Shown here: piece after piece, positions 44,916 through 55,949 of the stretch | How the letters are laid out: the number at the start of each line of letters is the position of its first letter | Numbering within the stretch: position 1 is the first letter of the stretch | Virus record (IMG/VR): IMGVR_UViG_3300008120_000047 | Coordinates: 1 to 62,221 of that record | Reading direction: 5' to 3' (one strand) | Length of the DNA: 62,221 bases | DNA from: a virus | Taxonomy: Duplodnaviria; Caudoviricetes | Position numbers and translations under genes: made by a program | Notes under the pieces: generated by a model | Databases searched by the model: none | Told to the model about the DNA's origin: nothing | The model's input: the letters and a program-made list of their open reading frames with translations, nothing else

Positions 44916-47282
44916 TTAGTATGATGTTAATGTATTTGTAGATGAAAATGCTCCTTTTGAATTAGACTTGTATATTCTATATTCTATAGACACACTAAAT
45001 TGATTTGTTATATTGAACGCTACTGGTGAGCCAAAATCGCTTATTACAGATGTTGACCCATCCATGTTTATTACACTTAACGCACCACCAAGTGAAGTTG
45101 GATAAAGTATATAAGAAAAATTACTTGTGTTGTTTGTGTCAGAAGATCCGTTAAACGTCATTGGGGCACCTAAACTTATCGTGTTATCTCTCAATACACT
45201 ATTGGCAAAAGGAGTGGTGTCATAAATAGCGTCAGCAGCGGTTGGTGTTCCTGGCAGAGCGTTTGGAGAAGCCAAGAACTTAACAGCGAATTTTGATAAG
45301 GTTACAGTTGTTTCGTTTCCACTAGCACCAGTTGGATTTGATGGATAGCTTGTGGTTGGGACTACTCTATAAAGTATAGACGAAAGACTCGAAGAATTAT
45401 TTGTGTAGTTGTCTGTATAGGTTTTGCTTCCAATGTAAGGAGAAGGAAATGCATGTATGCCTGTGTAGCTAGTGCCTCCATCTATAGATCTTTGAAGAAC
45501 TAAAGAGTTGATGGGCACGTTTGCGGAGTTTATCGTCACGTTGAACGTCACAGTACTTGATGTGTTTCCCTTTTCTCTAATAGCATTTATTTCACCACTA
45601 GAATTAGATGTAGAAATTCTTGCCGCCGTTAAAGATCCTATGCTAGGAACCAAATAGGCTTCTGGACTTCTTGTAAGTACTTGTTCAGCAAAATAACTAT
45701 TATCACCAACGTCTTCTACCCTAAACTTATACGTAAACCCAGCTGTTGCATAAGCGCTAAGAGTGTATGAGTTAGGAAATGACTGACTTCCAGTTGCAGC
45801 CGATGAAAAGCTAGCCGATGTATGTATCAAAGCGTAAGTGGAATCTGACGCCCCCTCATTTTTTCTATACACAAGAACCCGTATAGACCTTCCTAGGTTT
45901 GAGTTTAAGTTATTTGCGTTATAACTAACTGTAACTGAAGAAGGATCCGTTGTGTTAAACGGTATAGTGCTTACGCTCCAAGAAGAAAAGCTTGGATTTT
46001 GAACTAACTGAACCGCGTCTATAATTAAGTCAAGCGCAGATTTATAACTAGATATAGTTATGGTGTCATTCGTTATATATTTACCAAACGATCTGCCGTT
46101 AGGTATACTGACTGGTATGCTGGTATTTCTAGCAAGGCTTATGTTTTCAAAAGAATCCTCATCCCAGAACGATCCCTGTCCAGCCTGTGCACCAGCTAAC
46201 GGGGTTATGCTTGATTGATTAACAGAGAATGTTCCGCTAACCGTAGTAGAATCACTTAATGTGGTGGTAACGGTATTGTTTGTTACAGAAACACCCGTGA
46301 CAGATTTACCAGCGGCCCCTGCGGGACCAGTAGCACCAGTAGCTCCAGTAGGACCTTGAAGTCCTTGAGGACCAGTGGCCCCAGTAGCACCCTGAGGCCC
46401 AGTCGGACCAACTAAAGACACCCCTGTACCCCAGTTAGTTCCTACCTTTGGACCGAATATATTCTTTGAAGAAGTGTTTATGTAGAAATCCCCTGCCACT
46501 CCAGTGCCACTAGATGGATCTGAAGTGCCATTAAGAACTGTTTTTCCATCAACCCCATTTGCACCAGCTGCACCCGTAGCGCCCGTCGCGCCAGCTGGAC
46601 CCTGGAGCCCTTGGGGGCCTGTAGCGCCCGTAGCCCCAGTTGCACCCGCAATACCTTGAGGGCCTTGAGCTCCTGTCGCCCCAGCTGCTCCTTGAGGTCC
46701 AACCAAAGAAACACCACTGCCCCATCCTCCAGCTGTTTTTGGGCCAAAAATTAAGTTTGAAGACGTGTTTATATAGAAATCTCCAATAACCCCCAGATTA
46801 GCCGCTGGACTGGTTGTTCCGTTTAATACCGTTTTTCCATCTATTCCGTTCGTTCCAGCAGGTCCAGTAGCCCCAGTAGGACCAGCAGGTCCAGTAGCGC
46901 CAGTAGGACCAGCAGGTCCAGTAGCGCCCGTTGCCCCCTGAATGCCTTGTGGTCCAGCGGCTCCAGTAGCGCCAGTATCACCTTTTAATCCTTGAATCCC
47001 TTGAGGTCCTTGAGGGCCTTGTTGACCAAGCTGAACCCAGTTAGAAGCATTCTGCCATTCCGTATTACCTAGATCAGTTGAAGTGTATACGTAAAAAACA
47101 TCTAAATCTTTTACCAGCGCTATATACCCTTCGCATCTCACGGAAGGACTCAATGAGTTTCTGTTCGGGGCGACTCCAGATATGGTAGCGAAAACGCCAA
47201 GGCCCTTGACCTGATTTCCAGTCACGTCAATTATGGCTTCGTTGGGGTTGTTGTGCGTTACTAGACCTGGAAATATAGGCAT
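44916..47282 (-). CDS. Collagen-repeat fibre protein
   Basis: Three Gly-X-Y tracts separated by two DGKTVLNGT...GDFYINTSS...FGPK modules. Confidence 0.85.
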   Translation of the reverse strand: MPIFPGLVTHNNPNEAIIDVTGNQVKGLGVFATISGVAPNRNSLSPSVRCEGYIALVKDLDVFYVYTSTDLGNTEWQNASNWVQLGQQGPQGPQGIQGLKGDTGATGAAGPQGIQGATGATGPAGPTGATGPAGPTGATGPAGTNGIDGKTVLNGTTSPAANLGVIGDFYINTSSNLIFGPKTAGGWGSGVSLVGPQGAAGATGAQGPQGIAGATGATGATGPQGLQGPAGATGATGAAGANGVDGKTVLNGTSDPSSGTGVAGDFYINTSSKNIFGPKVGTNWGTGVSLVGPTGPQGATGATGPQGLQGPTGATGATGPAGAAGKSVTGVSVTNNTVTTTLSDSTTVSGTFSVNQSSITPLAGAQAGQGSFWDEDSFENISLARNTSIPVSIPNGRSFGKYITNDTITISSYKSALDLIIDAVQLVQNPSFSSWSVSTIPFNTTDPSSVTVSYNANNLNSNLGRSIRVLVYRKNEGASDSTYALIHTSASFSSAATGSQSFPNSYTLSAYATAGFTYKFRVEDVGDNSYFAEQVLTRSPEAYLVPSIGSLTAARISTSNSSGEINAIREKGNTSSTVTFNVTINSANVPINSLVLQRSIDGGTSYTGIHAFPSPYIGSKTYTDNYTNNSSSLSSILYRVVPTTSYPSNPTGASGNETTVTLSKFAVKFLASPNALPGTPTAADAIYDTTPFANSVLRDNTISLGAPMTFNGSSDTNNTSNFSYILYPTSLGGALSVINMDGSTSVISDFGSPVAFNITNQFSVSIEYRIYKSNSKGAFSSTNTLTSY

Positions 47283-47288
47283 GGCTTG

Positions 47289-49772
47289 TTATCCATTTTT
47301 TATAGTTATACCGACACCGCTTGCAAATGCGCCTGGTGATTTAGTCTTATATATCCTATAAGGATTTGAAATGCCAAACTTGTTTTCGATGTTAAGGGTA
47401 CTTACTGGCTGTTCGAAATCAGATAAAACCTCAGTCGCCCCTTGAAGAACGGACGTTAAAGCAGACTGATTAGTCGGGTACATTATATATGTAAAGTTTG
47501 AGGTGGAATTAGTTTGAGTTGTTCCAGCCACTGCCCACCCACTTGGGTGTGGGAATGTTTCTGTAGTGGTTCTTAAAAGGCTTGTTGTTGAAGTTGTTCC
47601 TTGTAAGTTGTCAAAAATTGTTTTAGCTTGGGCGGCGGTTGTTGGCAGCCCATTTGGATGTGCACCAAATTTGTGTGCGTACCTATTCATCACAACAGCT
47701 GTAAAATCCCTTGTAGTAAATACGGTAGCACCTTGATACGAATCGTATATTTTAAGCCTATAAATTATAGATGCGGCGCTTGATGGGGCAGCGCTATCAA
47801 TATATCCAGAAACAGTATATGAAGTAGAGTTTGCTGGTATATCCGTTGTAGTCGTCCATGATCTTAACGAGGTTTCTACACCTAAAACAACTCTAAACAA
47901 ATCAACCCTTTGTATATATATGTTTGTGTTTGCCGCTGAAGACACTGTAAATGAAACATTGCTTGTCACATTCCCTACCTCTCTGCTGGCATCCGTCTCA
48001 CCAGCTAAAGAATCCGTGAATAGCCTTCTCGTTGCCGAAGGAGAGGACAAGGTAGGCGCAGCAAAATTACTAGTAGTTCTTGTTACTTCCGTAGGAGACG
48101 ATATAATGGATGGATTTTCTGTTACCGATGCCGTTATTCTATAGGTAAAGCTGTCAGTAGAGTACTGAGTGACTGGCCCCCATGCGTACGAGTTGCTAAA
48201 GCTGTTACTTGCTGACGTGTAAGAAACGGTCTGCAAAACAGAGTATGACCCACTGCCCTGTTTTCTTTCTATAGTAACAGTAACCCCTTTCCCCATAAGC
48301 GTGTTTGGGTTTCCAACCGTAAAAGATAAAGTTGTATTCCCAGATAGCGTATTAAAAGCCACTGGATTCGGAGACAAACTAACTGATGTTATCGTTGGTG
48401 TTTGTATGTCCTGAACCGCATCCCTTATTATCTCAAGCATGGACCTTGCGTTGCCTATATGTATAGTGCTTCCGTGCCCATACTTCCCAAAAGACTTACC
48501 AGAAGGAAGGCTAACGGTTATGGCCTCTGAGTTTGGGTTTACAAATTCTTTAGCGACGAATGTTTCCCCATCCCAGTAGAAGCCAGACCCCGCAGCAGTC
48601 CCTGAGGGGGCGTCTATACTAGTTTGGGTTACAGCAAAACTTCCGTTTACTGTGGAATTATTGCTAAGGGTTGTTGTAACAGACCTATTTGAAACAGATA
48701 CTCCAGTAACCGACTTCCCGTCTGCTCCAGCAGGGCCTGTGGATCCAGTTGGTCCTGTTGCACCAGTTGGTCCAGCGGGTCCAGTAAGACCCGTGGGACC
48801 AGTATCGCCTGTATCCCCCTTTGGACCCTGTGCTCCAGTCGTGCCAGCTGCGCCAGCAGGCCCAGCAACACCTTGCGGTCCTTGAGGGCCTTGGGCTCCA
48901 GTAGCACCAGCAAGTCCTTGAGGCCCCTGAGCACCTTGAGCGCCAGTAGCCCCAGCGGGCCCAGTAGCGCCAGTAGCGCCAGCGGGCCCCTGTGGTCCAG
49001 TAGGCCCAGCAGGTCCTTGCGGTCCAGCAACAGCACTAGCTATTAAATGTGCTGTGATTATTACGGACGGTATTCTTGGCCTAAGGGGTAACGGATGGTC
49101 CGAAAAAGCTGGATCCTCATAGTAAAGCCGCACGGCTGAATCTTGTGAGGCCCAGTGTATCTGAACATAGTCATCATTTTCTGCCCTTACTAAGTAATTC
49201 CAGGCAGCGACCATTTTGGCGTTATTCTTATCGAGCTCAATTCTAGTGTTAGAGTCCTTTACGTCTGTTCCGTTTTGAGAAAACCAAACGTCAGCATGAT
49301 CAACACCAGAATCTGTTTTATCGAACTGGGCAGAGAACTGTACGTTATAAACACCGTACGTAAGAAACTTAAGCTTGTTTCCATCTACAACAGTAATTCC
49401 ACTGGCTATGTCTGCTGTAGGGAATGACATAGTGTTCTTTACGTTAGCGCCCAAAGATGGCTGCATTGACGTAGAGTAGAATACCCCGTATTTAGCGTCC
49501 GTTCCTTGAACAACCTCTACTACAGGTATTTGATTGTATGGGTATATAGATAAAGAATTTTGTCTTTCAAGACTCGTCTTTACTACAGACTGTGTGGGTG
49601 GGTAGAAAGAAAGACTATTACTCGCTGGCGTAGTAATATCCAGCGATACTTGATTATCAGAAGTTATAGATATGGTGGCGAACTCAGAGGTTACAGTCTT
49701 TATGGACTGAGACTCTGGTACGTTTATAGATATTGAATTTCCTGGAGGTAAGGTGAATCCAACATTCATCAC
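47289..49772 (-). CDS. Collagen-repeat fibre protein
   Basis: C1q/BclA-like domain ([10 protein letters not shown]...AWNY), about 100 aa of Gly-X-Y, C-terminus paralogous to 44916..47282. Confidence 0.85.
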   Translation of the reverse strand: MMNVGFTLPPGNSISINVPESQSIKTVTSEFATISITSDNQVSLDITTPASNSLSFYPPTQSVVKTSLERQNSLSIYPYNQIPVVEVVQGTDAKYGVFYSTSMQPSLGANVKNTMSFPTADIASGITVVDGNKLKFLTYGVYNVQFSAQFDKTDSGVDHADVWFSQNGTDVKDSNTRIELDKNNAKMVAAWNYLVRAENDDYVQIHWASQDSAVRLYYEDPAFSDHPLPLRPRIPSVIITAHLIASAVAGPQGPAGPTGPQGPAGATGATGPAGATGAQGAQGPQGLAGATGAQGPQGPQGVAGPAGAAGTTGAQGPKGDTGDTGPTGLTGPAGPTGATGPTGSTGPAGADGKSVTGVSVSNRSVTTTLSNNSTVNGSFAVTQTSIDAPSGTAAGSGFYWDGETFVAKEFVNPNSEAITVSLPSGKSFGKYGHGSTIHIGNARSMLEIIRDAVQDIQTPTITSVSLSPNPVAFNTLSGNTTLSFTVGNPNTLMGKGVTVTIERKQGSGSYSVLQTVSYTSASNSFSNSYAWGPVTQYSTDSFTYRITASVTENPSIISSPTEVTRTTSNFAAPTLSSPSATRRLFTDSLAGETDASREVGNVTSNVSFTVSSAANTNIYIQRVDLFRVVLGVETSLRSWTTTTDIPANSTSYTVSGYIDSAAPSSAASIIYRLKIYDSYQGATVFTTRDFTAVVMNRYAHKFGAHPNGLPTTAAQAKTIFDNLQGTTSTTSLLRTTTETFPHPSGWAVAGTTQTNSTSNFTYIMYPTNQSALTSVLQGATEVLSDFEQPVSTLNIENKFGISNPYRIYKTKSPGAFASGVGITIKNG

Positions 49773-50200
49773 ACAGATATGTCTTCGTTTATTTTGAAGG
49801 TCCCATATAACCAGGTCTGAGACTCCTCGCTGTTTGCAGTAGATATAGCTTCTATATCATAGACATAGAGACCAGCAGCAACAGACTTCATTTTAGTATT
49901 TGGCACATTAAAGATTACCTTCCCTAAGGATGTAGTGTACGCTATTTTCTTATTACCGTTGGCATCGTCTTTGGTTGAAAGTATTATTTCAGCGCTTGTG
50001 TCACCAGCCCCAGAATTAGGGGAGTCATAGTCTGTATTAGCATAGTCGTAGGCTCTAACTTCCATGTTGAAGTTATATGCACCCTGAGCTACCTGAGTCC
50101 CATCAGCCGCTTTAAGATCTATCTCAAGCTTAAACGTATCACCCTTCCTGCATATGATGTCTACTCTTTTGGCGACATCAAGATTTACTACGTTGCTCAT
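49769..50200 (-). CDS. Fibre attachment/BppU-like Ig-fold protein
   Basis: DI.CRKGDTF...YVYDIE...TWLYGTF. Confidence 0.65.
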   Translation of the reverse strand: MSNVVNLDVAKRVDIICRKGDTFKLEIDLKAADGTQVAQGAYNFNMEVRAYDYANTDYDSPNSGAGDTSAEIILSTKDDANGNKKIAYTTSLGKVIFNVPNTKMKSVAAGLYVYDIEAISTANSEESQTWLYGTFKINEDISV

Positions 50201-52686
50201 CTTCCTAGTATTCTTGAAATGATTCCAGTTGAAATTTCCTGCGCTGCTTCAGCCGCCTGCTCTCTTATCTCCTCTAGCTCGCCTCTCTTCCCATCTCTTT
50301 GAGAAATCAGTTTGCTTTGTTCAACAGCCTGCTTCTTAACTCTCTCATCTTTCCTGTCCTCCTTCATGTTCTCTACCTCTTTTTTGAAGGAGTTTTCTGC
50401 ATCCTTTGAGTAGGCGTATGCTTCTGCTTTTATCTGTTCTATCTCTTTTCTTAGCTCATGCAGAGCTTGCTCAACCTGAACCTTCAGCTGAGCCTCCAAC
50501 TGCATCTCCTGAGCCTTTATCTGAGACTGAGCCTGCAACTCCTGCATTCTAATCTCTGCGGACTGTGCAGCCGACTGCTGCTGCATCTGTGCCTGCATCT
50601 GGGAGTTCTGCATAGCCATCTGCTGCTGAGAAGCCATACGCTTCTTTCTTCTCAAGATCAACAGCTTCTCTGCTTGATTGATGTCCTTGAGCTGACGTAT
50701 CGCTATAGCGTCCTCTATGTCAAGTTCTTTCTGCGAAAGGGAGATCTGTATGTTGTTTTCGAGATACTGCTTCTCAATCTCCTCCATGTCTTTTACTACG
50801 GTAATACCGAAGTTGAACATGTACAAGTCAGAGAAAGAAGAGATCACCTTCATATTGTGAGCGCCGATTGCGTTCTCATACACTCTGAATATGACAGAGT
50901 CGTTCGGGATGATCTGTATGCTCTTTATAACATCAGCGCAAACCTTCTTGTACAGTATCAGCGAAGAGTTCGTTATATCATATATAGCGTTGTTTCCAGC
51001 GCTAATAGCCTGCTGTCTAACCCCAACAAGCTGATCTCCCTTCGGAGACGAACCATCCATGGCCTCGTTGATGCCAGTGGTGTCCCGTATCATCCTGAGG
51101 TAGTGGTTATATATGCCTATAAGCTCGTTGATATTCCTTATAGTGTTCCCTATCTCTCTGATCGGGGGGTTCTGGAATCCGCCTTCTGGGTTCTTACTTC
51201 TGTAGTAGAAGACACCAGTTTGCTCATATATATCATGCAACTCAAGCGGTTGGAGATCACCTCCTTTGCCAAGCTGCACATTCTCCAATCCTTCGATGTC
51301 GATGATGATGCCGTCTGGTTTCGCCTTAGCTATAGACTGCTGGAGCTTGAGGTGAGATAGTTGTATCTGGTCAGCAAACCCTATGCAGCTGTCCACCATA
51401 GACTTAGGGATCATATCTCTAATATTCACCGCTACGGCAGAGTATGAGAGGCATGCCCTAGTTATGTCGTGCATATTCTTTGGTATGTTGGTCTTCTTGC
51501 CGTAATTAAAGATCTTATTGCAGCAAATCACCATACACCCACCATAGACGACCATGTTGTCCAGCTTCACTGGGCGTCTTTCGAACACGGAGTTCTGAGG
51601 GGCTTTATATGCTTCTCCTTTGTAGTGGAACCCTACGTTTCCATGTCTGTTCTCTTTCTCTTCGAAGTAAATGACGTCATTGCACAAGAACTCAAAGTCA
51701 AGCACATCTATCATATACTCGTCATACCCATATCTAACGCTTCCAGTCCCGCTGTCGTACTGCCTTCTGCTGAGACCGTTTACGTCGAGGCTGTACATCT
51801 TCTGAGCTGCTTTCGCTATCTCTTCGTATTCCTCTTCTGTAAACTGATCCCCAGCAATCCTCTTGAGCTCCTGTATAGACATATGTTTCACATGACCAGC
51901 ATACGTCATGTCAGAGAGGTTGGGATCTTCGGTGTAGCTATGTATGAAGTTCGAAGGATCTACGTACTCCGTAACTATCCCGTAGTTAGGATCGTTATTT
52001 CTCTTGACCGCAGCCATACCCACAGTGGCTATGTCATTTACACAACGTCTGAAGATATTGTCGTTGAAGTCGCTCCACTCAAGAGTCAGGTTCGTGGCTA
52101 TCTGAGCGGCTACTTCTGCGGTAGTCTTTATGTTCTGACCGAAAAAGATCTCTGCCTCTTCAAGCGTATCTGGCAACTCATCTGGATCTACTCCGATGGT
52201 CATCCCAGTCTTTTGCTTTATATCGCTAAGAGCCTGCTTAGAGTTTATAAGCATCTCCATCTTTCTCTTCTCTTTGTCTTTTGCAGAAGAAGACAAAGGA
52301 TCGATAGCCTCTACGTTCGGATATGGCGCCTGAGACAGAATCTTATTTACTACAATTCTTACAAACTTCGGAAGTATAGGAACTGGCGTGAAGTCTATGT
52401 TCATCATGCTTCCGTCTCCGTTGTTTGGATCGGAAGAAGTAAGCAACTGCCTATATATTACAGTGTCCTGCGTACCGTTCGCATAATCTCTATTTCTCTC
52501 GAACGTCTTGTATCTCTTTCTATACAAAGAAGAGTCCTCGTCGAACTTCCCCCACTGCTTGTATATTGCCTTCGCATACGCCAACCCATACTCAGATGTA
52601 GCCTTCTCTTCTGAAGACGCCAACGGGTTCGGGAAATTCCCAGAAGAAAGCTGAACACCTCTATTTTTATTTCCGCTTTTGTACAT
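50197..52686 (-). CDS. Portal protein (crAss-like)
   Basis: Start ATG 52686; R.YA.G.Q, PVPILPKFV, YVDP.N..HSY, IRD.TGINEA.DGS; Gln-rich tail; follows TerL. Confidence 0.9.
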   Translation of the reverse strand: MYKSGNKNRGVQLSSGNFPNPLASSEEKATSEYGLAYAKAIYKQWGKFDEDSSLYRKRYKTFERNRDYANGTQDTVIYRQLLTSSDPNNGDGSMMNIDFTPVPILPKFVRIVVNKILSQAPYPNVEAIDPLSSSAKDKEKRKMEMLINSKQALSDIKQKTGMTIGVDPDELPDTLEEAEIFFGQNIKTTAEVAAQIATNLTLEWSDFNDNIFRRCVNDIATVGMAAVKRNNDPNYGIVTEYVDPSNFIHSYTEDPNLSDMTYAGHVKHMSIQELKRIAGDQFTEEEYEEIAKAAQKMYSLDVNGLSRRQYDSGTGSVRYGYDEYMIDVLDFEFLCNDVIYFEEKENRHGNVGFHYKGEAYKAPQNSVFERRPVKLDNMVVYGGCMVICCNKIFNYGKKTNIPKNMHDITRACLSYSAVAVNIRDMIPKSMVDSCIGFADQIQLSHLKLQQSIAKAKPDGIIIDIEGLENVQLGKGGDLQPLELHDIYEQTGVFYYRSKNPEGGFQNPPIREIGNTIRNINELIGIYNHYLRMIRDTTGINEAMDGSSPKGDQLVGVRQQAISAGNNAIYDITNSSLILYKKVCADVIKSIQIIPNDSVIFRVYENAIGAHNMKVISSFSDLYMFNFGITVVKDMEEIEKQYLENNIQISLSQKELDIEDAIAIRQLKDINQAEKLLILRRKKRMASQQQMAMQNSQMQAQMQQQSAAQSAEIRMQELQAQSQIKAQEMQLEAQLKVQVEQALHELRKEIEQIKAEAYAYSKDAENSFKKEVENMKEDRKDERVKKQAVEQSKLISQRDGKRGELEEIREQAAEAAQEISTGIISRILGR

Positions 52687-52712
52687 TAAAAGGCGTATTT
52701 GCGATATTTCCG

Positions 52713-52720
52713 CAAATATA
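52713..52720 (-). promoter_or_regulatory. -7 element upstream of portal
   Basis: TATATTTG on - strand. Confidence 0.6.
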
Positions 52721-52726
52721 ATCAAA

Positions 52727-54853
52727 CTACCTATGCCACTCTTTTATCTGATATGTTCTGAAAAAAGTCTTGTCTACAAACGAAGAAGGCTTCTTTTCTT
52801 CTTTAGCTTTCTGGGCGGCAAGCAACGCATATCCAGAGCTGATCGTTAAGTCGAACTTGGTTCTGTTATTTATATCGAATCCTATCCAGTCTTCAAGGGT
52901 CCTATTGAAATACATATTCCCCATCTCGAATGTCTCGTTATTCATACCAACGTGATTGTGTATGAAACTCTCAATAGCCTGAGCGTGAGCATGAACAACG
53001 TCAGCAGAGCTGGATGGTATCCCCCTCGTCTTTACGTTTGCGTGAGAGTTTGCGGATCTCAAAAAGTCTGGCCTCTCCATCAAGTATTCTTCGTATCCCC
53101 TTGACTCGAAGTACCTGAATATCCCATACTTGTTGTTCTCTACTAGCAGCGGATACCCATAGAAGAAAGCGCACATAAGCACATCTTCGTAAAAGATACT
53201 AGCTAGGTCTGGTCTAGAGTTGTATTCCACTACAAACATGTTAGATGGGACCTCCATGTTAAACTTATTGTATAAGTGCATGGCGCCTTTAGATCCTCTT
53301 CCGTCTACCGTGGCATCGATGTCATATGTGTCAACTCCGCCACATCCTATGTGACCGTTAGGCGGTACTAACTTTCCTCTCTCCTCCCTGATTACATTCC
53401 TCTTCTCTTGAGGCGGCATCCAGGATACCTTAAATCTACCCTGCGGAGTAGGGGAGAACATCACCTCTTTATCCTTGTCCTTCCACATGAAGTTCCCTGT
53501 AACTACAGGGTTCGGGAATAGGTCGTTGTTGGCGTCTATCTGCTGGTATATCTTACCGATGTTGAAGATGCTTCCCTCGATGCTGTCTCTAAACGCCTCG
53601 TCCTCCGTAAAAGAGAACTGCCTGATAACTTCGTTTAGCTCCCTTGGATCGTGTTTTAGCGCTTCACGCTCGTTCCTCAAGAATGTCTTAGCCCCTATAG
53701 CAATCTTTTCTCCGTCGATCCCCTCCACTTCCTTTTCTGGGTTTTCTATGACTGCGTTCCCATATATGTCAAAGAAACCCTCTAGTGCCTCATAAGCTGG
53801 TATATATATAGAGTACAGTCCGCTCACCGTCCTTCCGTTCTGGTTTCTTTTCCCAGGGTCTGAATCATTCCATAGCTTCTTGTACTCGCGTCCACCCTTG
53901 TCCATAGGGTTCACGGTACTTCCTACCAGCGCCTTTCCTATTATTTTCTTACCTACGATCAAACAGGTTCTCTCGATTCTCCATGCCTCTTTTATATCTG
54001 ACGGCTTCTCCCACTTCCCAGCTTCGTCAAGATAAAGCATGTGCAGCTTCTCACCGTCATATGCGTTATTCGTGGTGTTCTTCCAGTTGACGATCGTATT
54101 CAAAGCGTCCCCCATCCTAGACGTCTTGTTAGACTTCGTTATTCTCTTCGATGGTTCTCTGAACGCCAGCTCCATCCTAGGGTTAGTTGTACCGTCTTGA
54201 ATCGGCTTGAAGAAGAATGGATAGTTCTTGAATACGTTCACCACCTTCTTCATGAAGATGTTTTCCTGAGCGTCTTTACCAGTCTTCGACTGTATGCCAA
54301 GAAGTTTATCTTTAACCTGTGTAGCCTCATCCACAAGTACAGCGGAACATATATTGGTATAGCCAGAACGACGGCACTTAGTATAAAGCTGACCAAGGCA
54401 ACGGTCATCAACCTCGCAAGCAGCCAGATGAAGAAATATCTCACGCTGAAAATTTAGAAAGTTAGGATAGCCTATGTCCATCTTCGTCCACTGCAAGAAC
54501 ATATAGTTCCTTCCAGTTATATATATAGGGACTCCGTTGTTGTAGAACCACACCCCGTCTCTTCTCCTTTTAAATTCCTTCTCGATGAAAGGGGAATATC
54601 TATTTCTAAATTCCTGCGGCCTTTCCATCCACTCATCCATCGTTTTTATCCTGGAAAGCTCAGCGGGAACCTCTACCCTTCTCCAGAACTGCTTGTTCTT
54701 TGGAAGCTCATGGAACAGTATGTCCTTCTTCTGAGGCTGCTTAGGCAATACAACAAGAAGCCCATGAAGCTCGATTGCGTCTCCATGGGTTCCGTTAGGA
54801 TCGATGGCGATCCCTTTCTCTTGGTATCCTTTTACGTCTACAAGACAACTCAT
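52727..54853 (-). CDS. terL: Terminase large subunit
   Basis: YITG..Y..LQW, KCRRSGYT, LYLDEAGKW, GSTVN; nuclease GVDTYD, LVENNK, FD.TISSG. Confidence 0.93.
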   Translation of the reverse strand: MSCLVDVKGYQEKGIAIDPNGTHGDAIELHGLLVVLPKQPQKKDILFHELPKNKQFWRRVEVPAELSRIKTMDEWMERPQEFRNRYSPFIEKEFKRRRDGVWFYNNGVPIYITGRNYMFLQWTKMDIGYPNFLNFQREIFLHLAACEVDDRCLGQLYTKCRRSGYTNICSAVLVDEATQVKDKLLGIQSKTGKDAQENIFMKKVVNVFKNYPFFFKPIQDGTTNPRMELAFREPSKRITKSNKTSRMGDALNTIVNWKNTTNNAYDGEKLHMLYLDEAGKWEKPSDIKEAWRIERTCLIVGKKIIGKALVGSTVNPMDKGGREYKKLWNDSDPGKRNQNGRTVSGLYSIYIPAYEALEGFFDIYGNAVIENPEKEVEGIDGEKIAIGAKTFLRNEREALKHDPRELNEVIRQFSFTEDEAFRDSIEGSIFNIGKIYQQIDANNDLFPNPVVTGNFMWKDKDKEVMFSPTPQGRFKVSWMPPQEKRNVIREERGKLVPPNGHIGCGGVDTYDIDATVDGRGSKGAMHLYNKFNMEVPSNMFVVEYNSRPDLASIFYEDVLMCAFFYGYPLLVENNKYGIFRYFESRGYEEYLMERPDFLRSANSHANVKTRGIPSSSADVVHAHAQAIESFIHNHVGMNNETFEMGNMYFNRTLEDWIGFDINNRTKFDLTISSGYALLAAQKAKEEKKPSSFVDKTFFRTYQIKEWHR

Positions 54854-55480
54854 TTAGTTAAATTTAAGCGCCCTCCCTATTGAAGGAAGCTGCTCTGCAA
54901 AGATAGCTTTTATAATTTTGGCTATCATCTGTATCTCTAACTGAGCGTGGGTGTCGTCACGGATGTCTAAAAAGTGTATCCAAGAACGTACACTTCCACT
55001 CATATGGATCTTTGTCTTGGTAGTCATAGGTAGGATCATTCGAGCCGTCTCCCTAGATACCCCACACTCAATAAGGTTGTTGTATAGCTGCTCACATGCA
55101 GCAAGTACCATCTTCACTTTACCATCAAGCACAGAGCTTTCTACTGGCTCTGTAGATGACTGCCTGTTATTCGCAGCCTGATAACGCAACTCTACAGGCT
55201 CGAACATCTCACCAAGCTGGTTCACGTCTTGGTATCTCTGGCTAAACTCCTGAAACGTAAAGCTCCTGTGGCGAAGAAGCTGGATGGCGATAGCCTTGCT
55301 GGTTTCTATTTCGAACGTCATAAAAGAGTGTTCGAATGGAGACCAGTGCTTGTTTACGATGAGGTACTTTACGAGCGATTCGTAATTCTCCTTCTTATTC
55401 TCGCGAGAGCTAGAAACACGCGCAACTTCGACGATATGCCTTTCAGCATCAGGGGTGATGTTAAGTAGTTTAACCTTCAT
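54854..55480 (-). CDS. thyX: Flavin-dependent thymidylate synthase
   Basis: ARVS, HWSPFEH, RHRSFTFQEFSQRY; start moved to 55480 because the longer ORF overlaps the tRNA. Confidence 0.95.
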   Translation of the reverse strand: MKVKLLNITPDAERHIVEVARVSSSRENKKENYESLVKYLIVNKHWSPFEHSFMTFEIETSKAIAIQLLRHRSFTFQEFSQRYQDVNQLGEMFEPVELRYQAANNRQSSTEPVESSVLDGKVKMVLAACEQLYNNLIECGVSRETARMILPMTTKTKIHMSGSVRSWIHFLDIRDDTHAQLEIQMIAKIIKAIFAEQLPSIGRALKFN

Positions 55481-55493
55481 TTGAATTAAATTG

Positions 55494-55567
55494 TACACCC
55501 GACAGGACTCGAACCTGTGGCCGACTGCTTAGAAGGCAGTTGCTCTATCCTACTGAGCTACGGGTGC
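55494..55567 (-). tRNA. tRNA-Arg(UCU)
   Basis: GCACCCG acceptor; ACTGC-CTTCTAA-GCAGT; ACAGG-TTCGAGT-CCTGT. Confidence 0.93.
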
Positions 55568-55572
55568 GATTG

Positions 55573-55644
55573 CGGTCAGGGAGGGATTCGAACCCACAGC
55601 CGATCGGTAAAAACCAACCACTCTCCCAGTTGAGCTACCTGACC
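55573..55644 (-). tRNA. tRNA-like RNA with 6-nt anticodon loop (possible Lys-UUU derivative or pseudo-tRNA)
   Basis: GGTCAGG/CCTGACC acceptor; D and T arms present; GTTGG-TTTTTA-CCGAT. Confidence 0.6.
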
Positions 55645-55652
55645 AAAAAGGC

Positions 55653-55931
55653 TTACGCCTTTCTTCTATCTGGAACGATAGTGTTCAAGATAGAATCAAC
55701 AAGTCCGAAGACTTTGTTGTCTTTTTCTGTCGGCGTCAAGTTGATGACAACTTTAGCCAACACCATCAAGGCCACAAGGATCTCCATGAGATTTCCAAGC
55801 GCGACCCAGCTGGTTCCAGCACCCGCTTCGTTCGGTGCTTCTACAGCAACCATTGCAGTATCTGCAACAGCTGCGATGGTGTCCACTGCCGCTGGCAGCG
55901 AATCAACCACAGTTACAAGGGTGTCTAACAT
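55653..55931 (-). CDS. Small membrane protein (holin-like)
   Basis: TM helix followed by LTPTEKDN. Confidence 0.65.
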   Translation of the reverse strand: MLDTLVTVVDSLPAAVDTIAAVADTAMVAVEAPNEAGAGTSWVALGNLMEILVALMVLAKVVINLTPTEKDNKVFGLVDSILNTIVPDRRKA

Positions 55932-55949
55932 ATTATTTAGGGTTTCCGT

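Noticed and set aside
46310-49030. Tandem GC-rich repeats as a CRISPR array or DGR
   Set aside because: They are 9/27-bp periodic Gly-X-Y codons without unique spacers; no cas or reverse transcriptase gene.
50458-52614. Long + strand ORFs (300 and 381 aa) opposite the portal
   Set aside because: Antisense shadows of the portal frame with no motifs or initiation signals.
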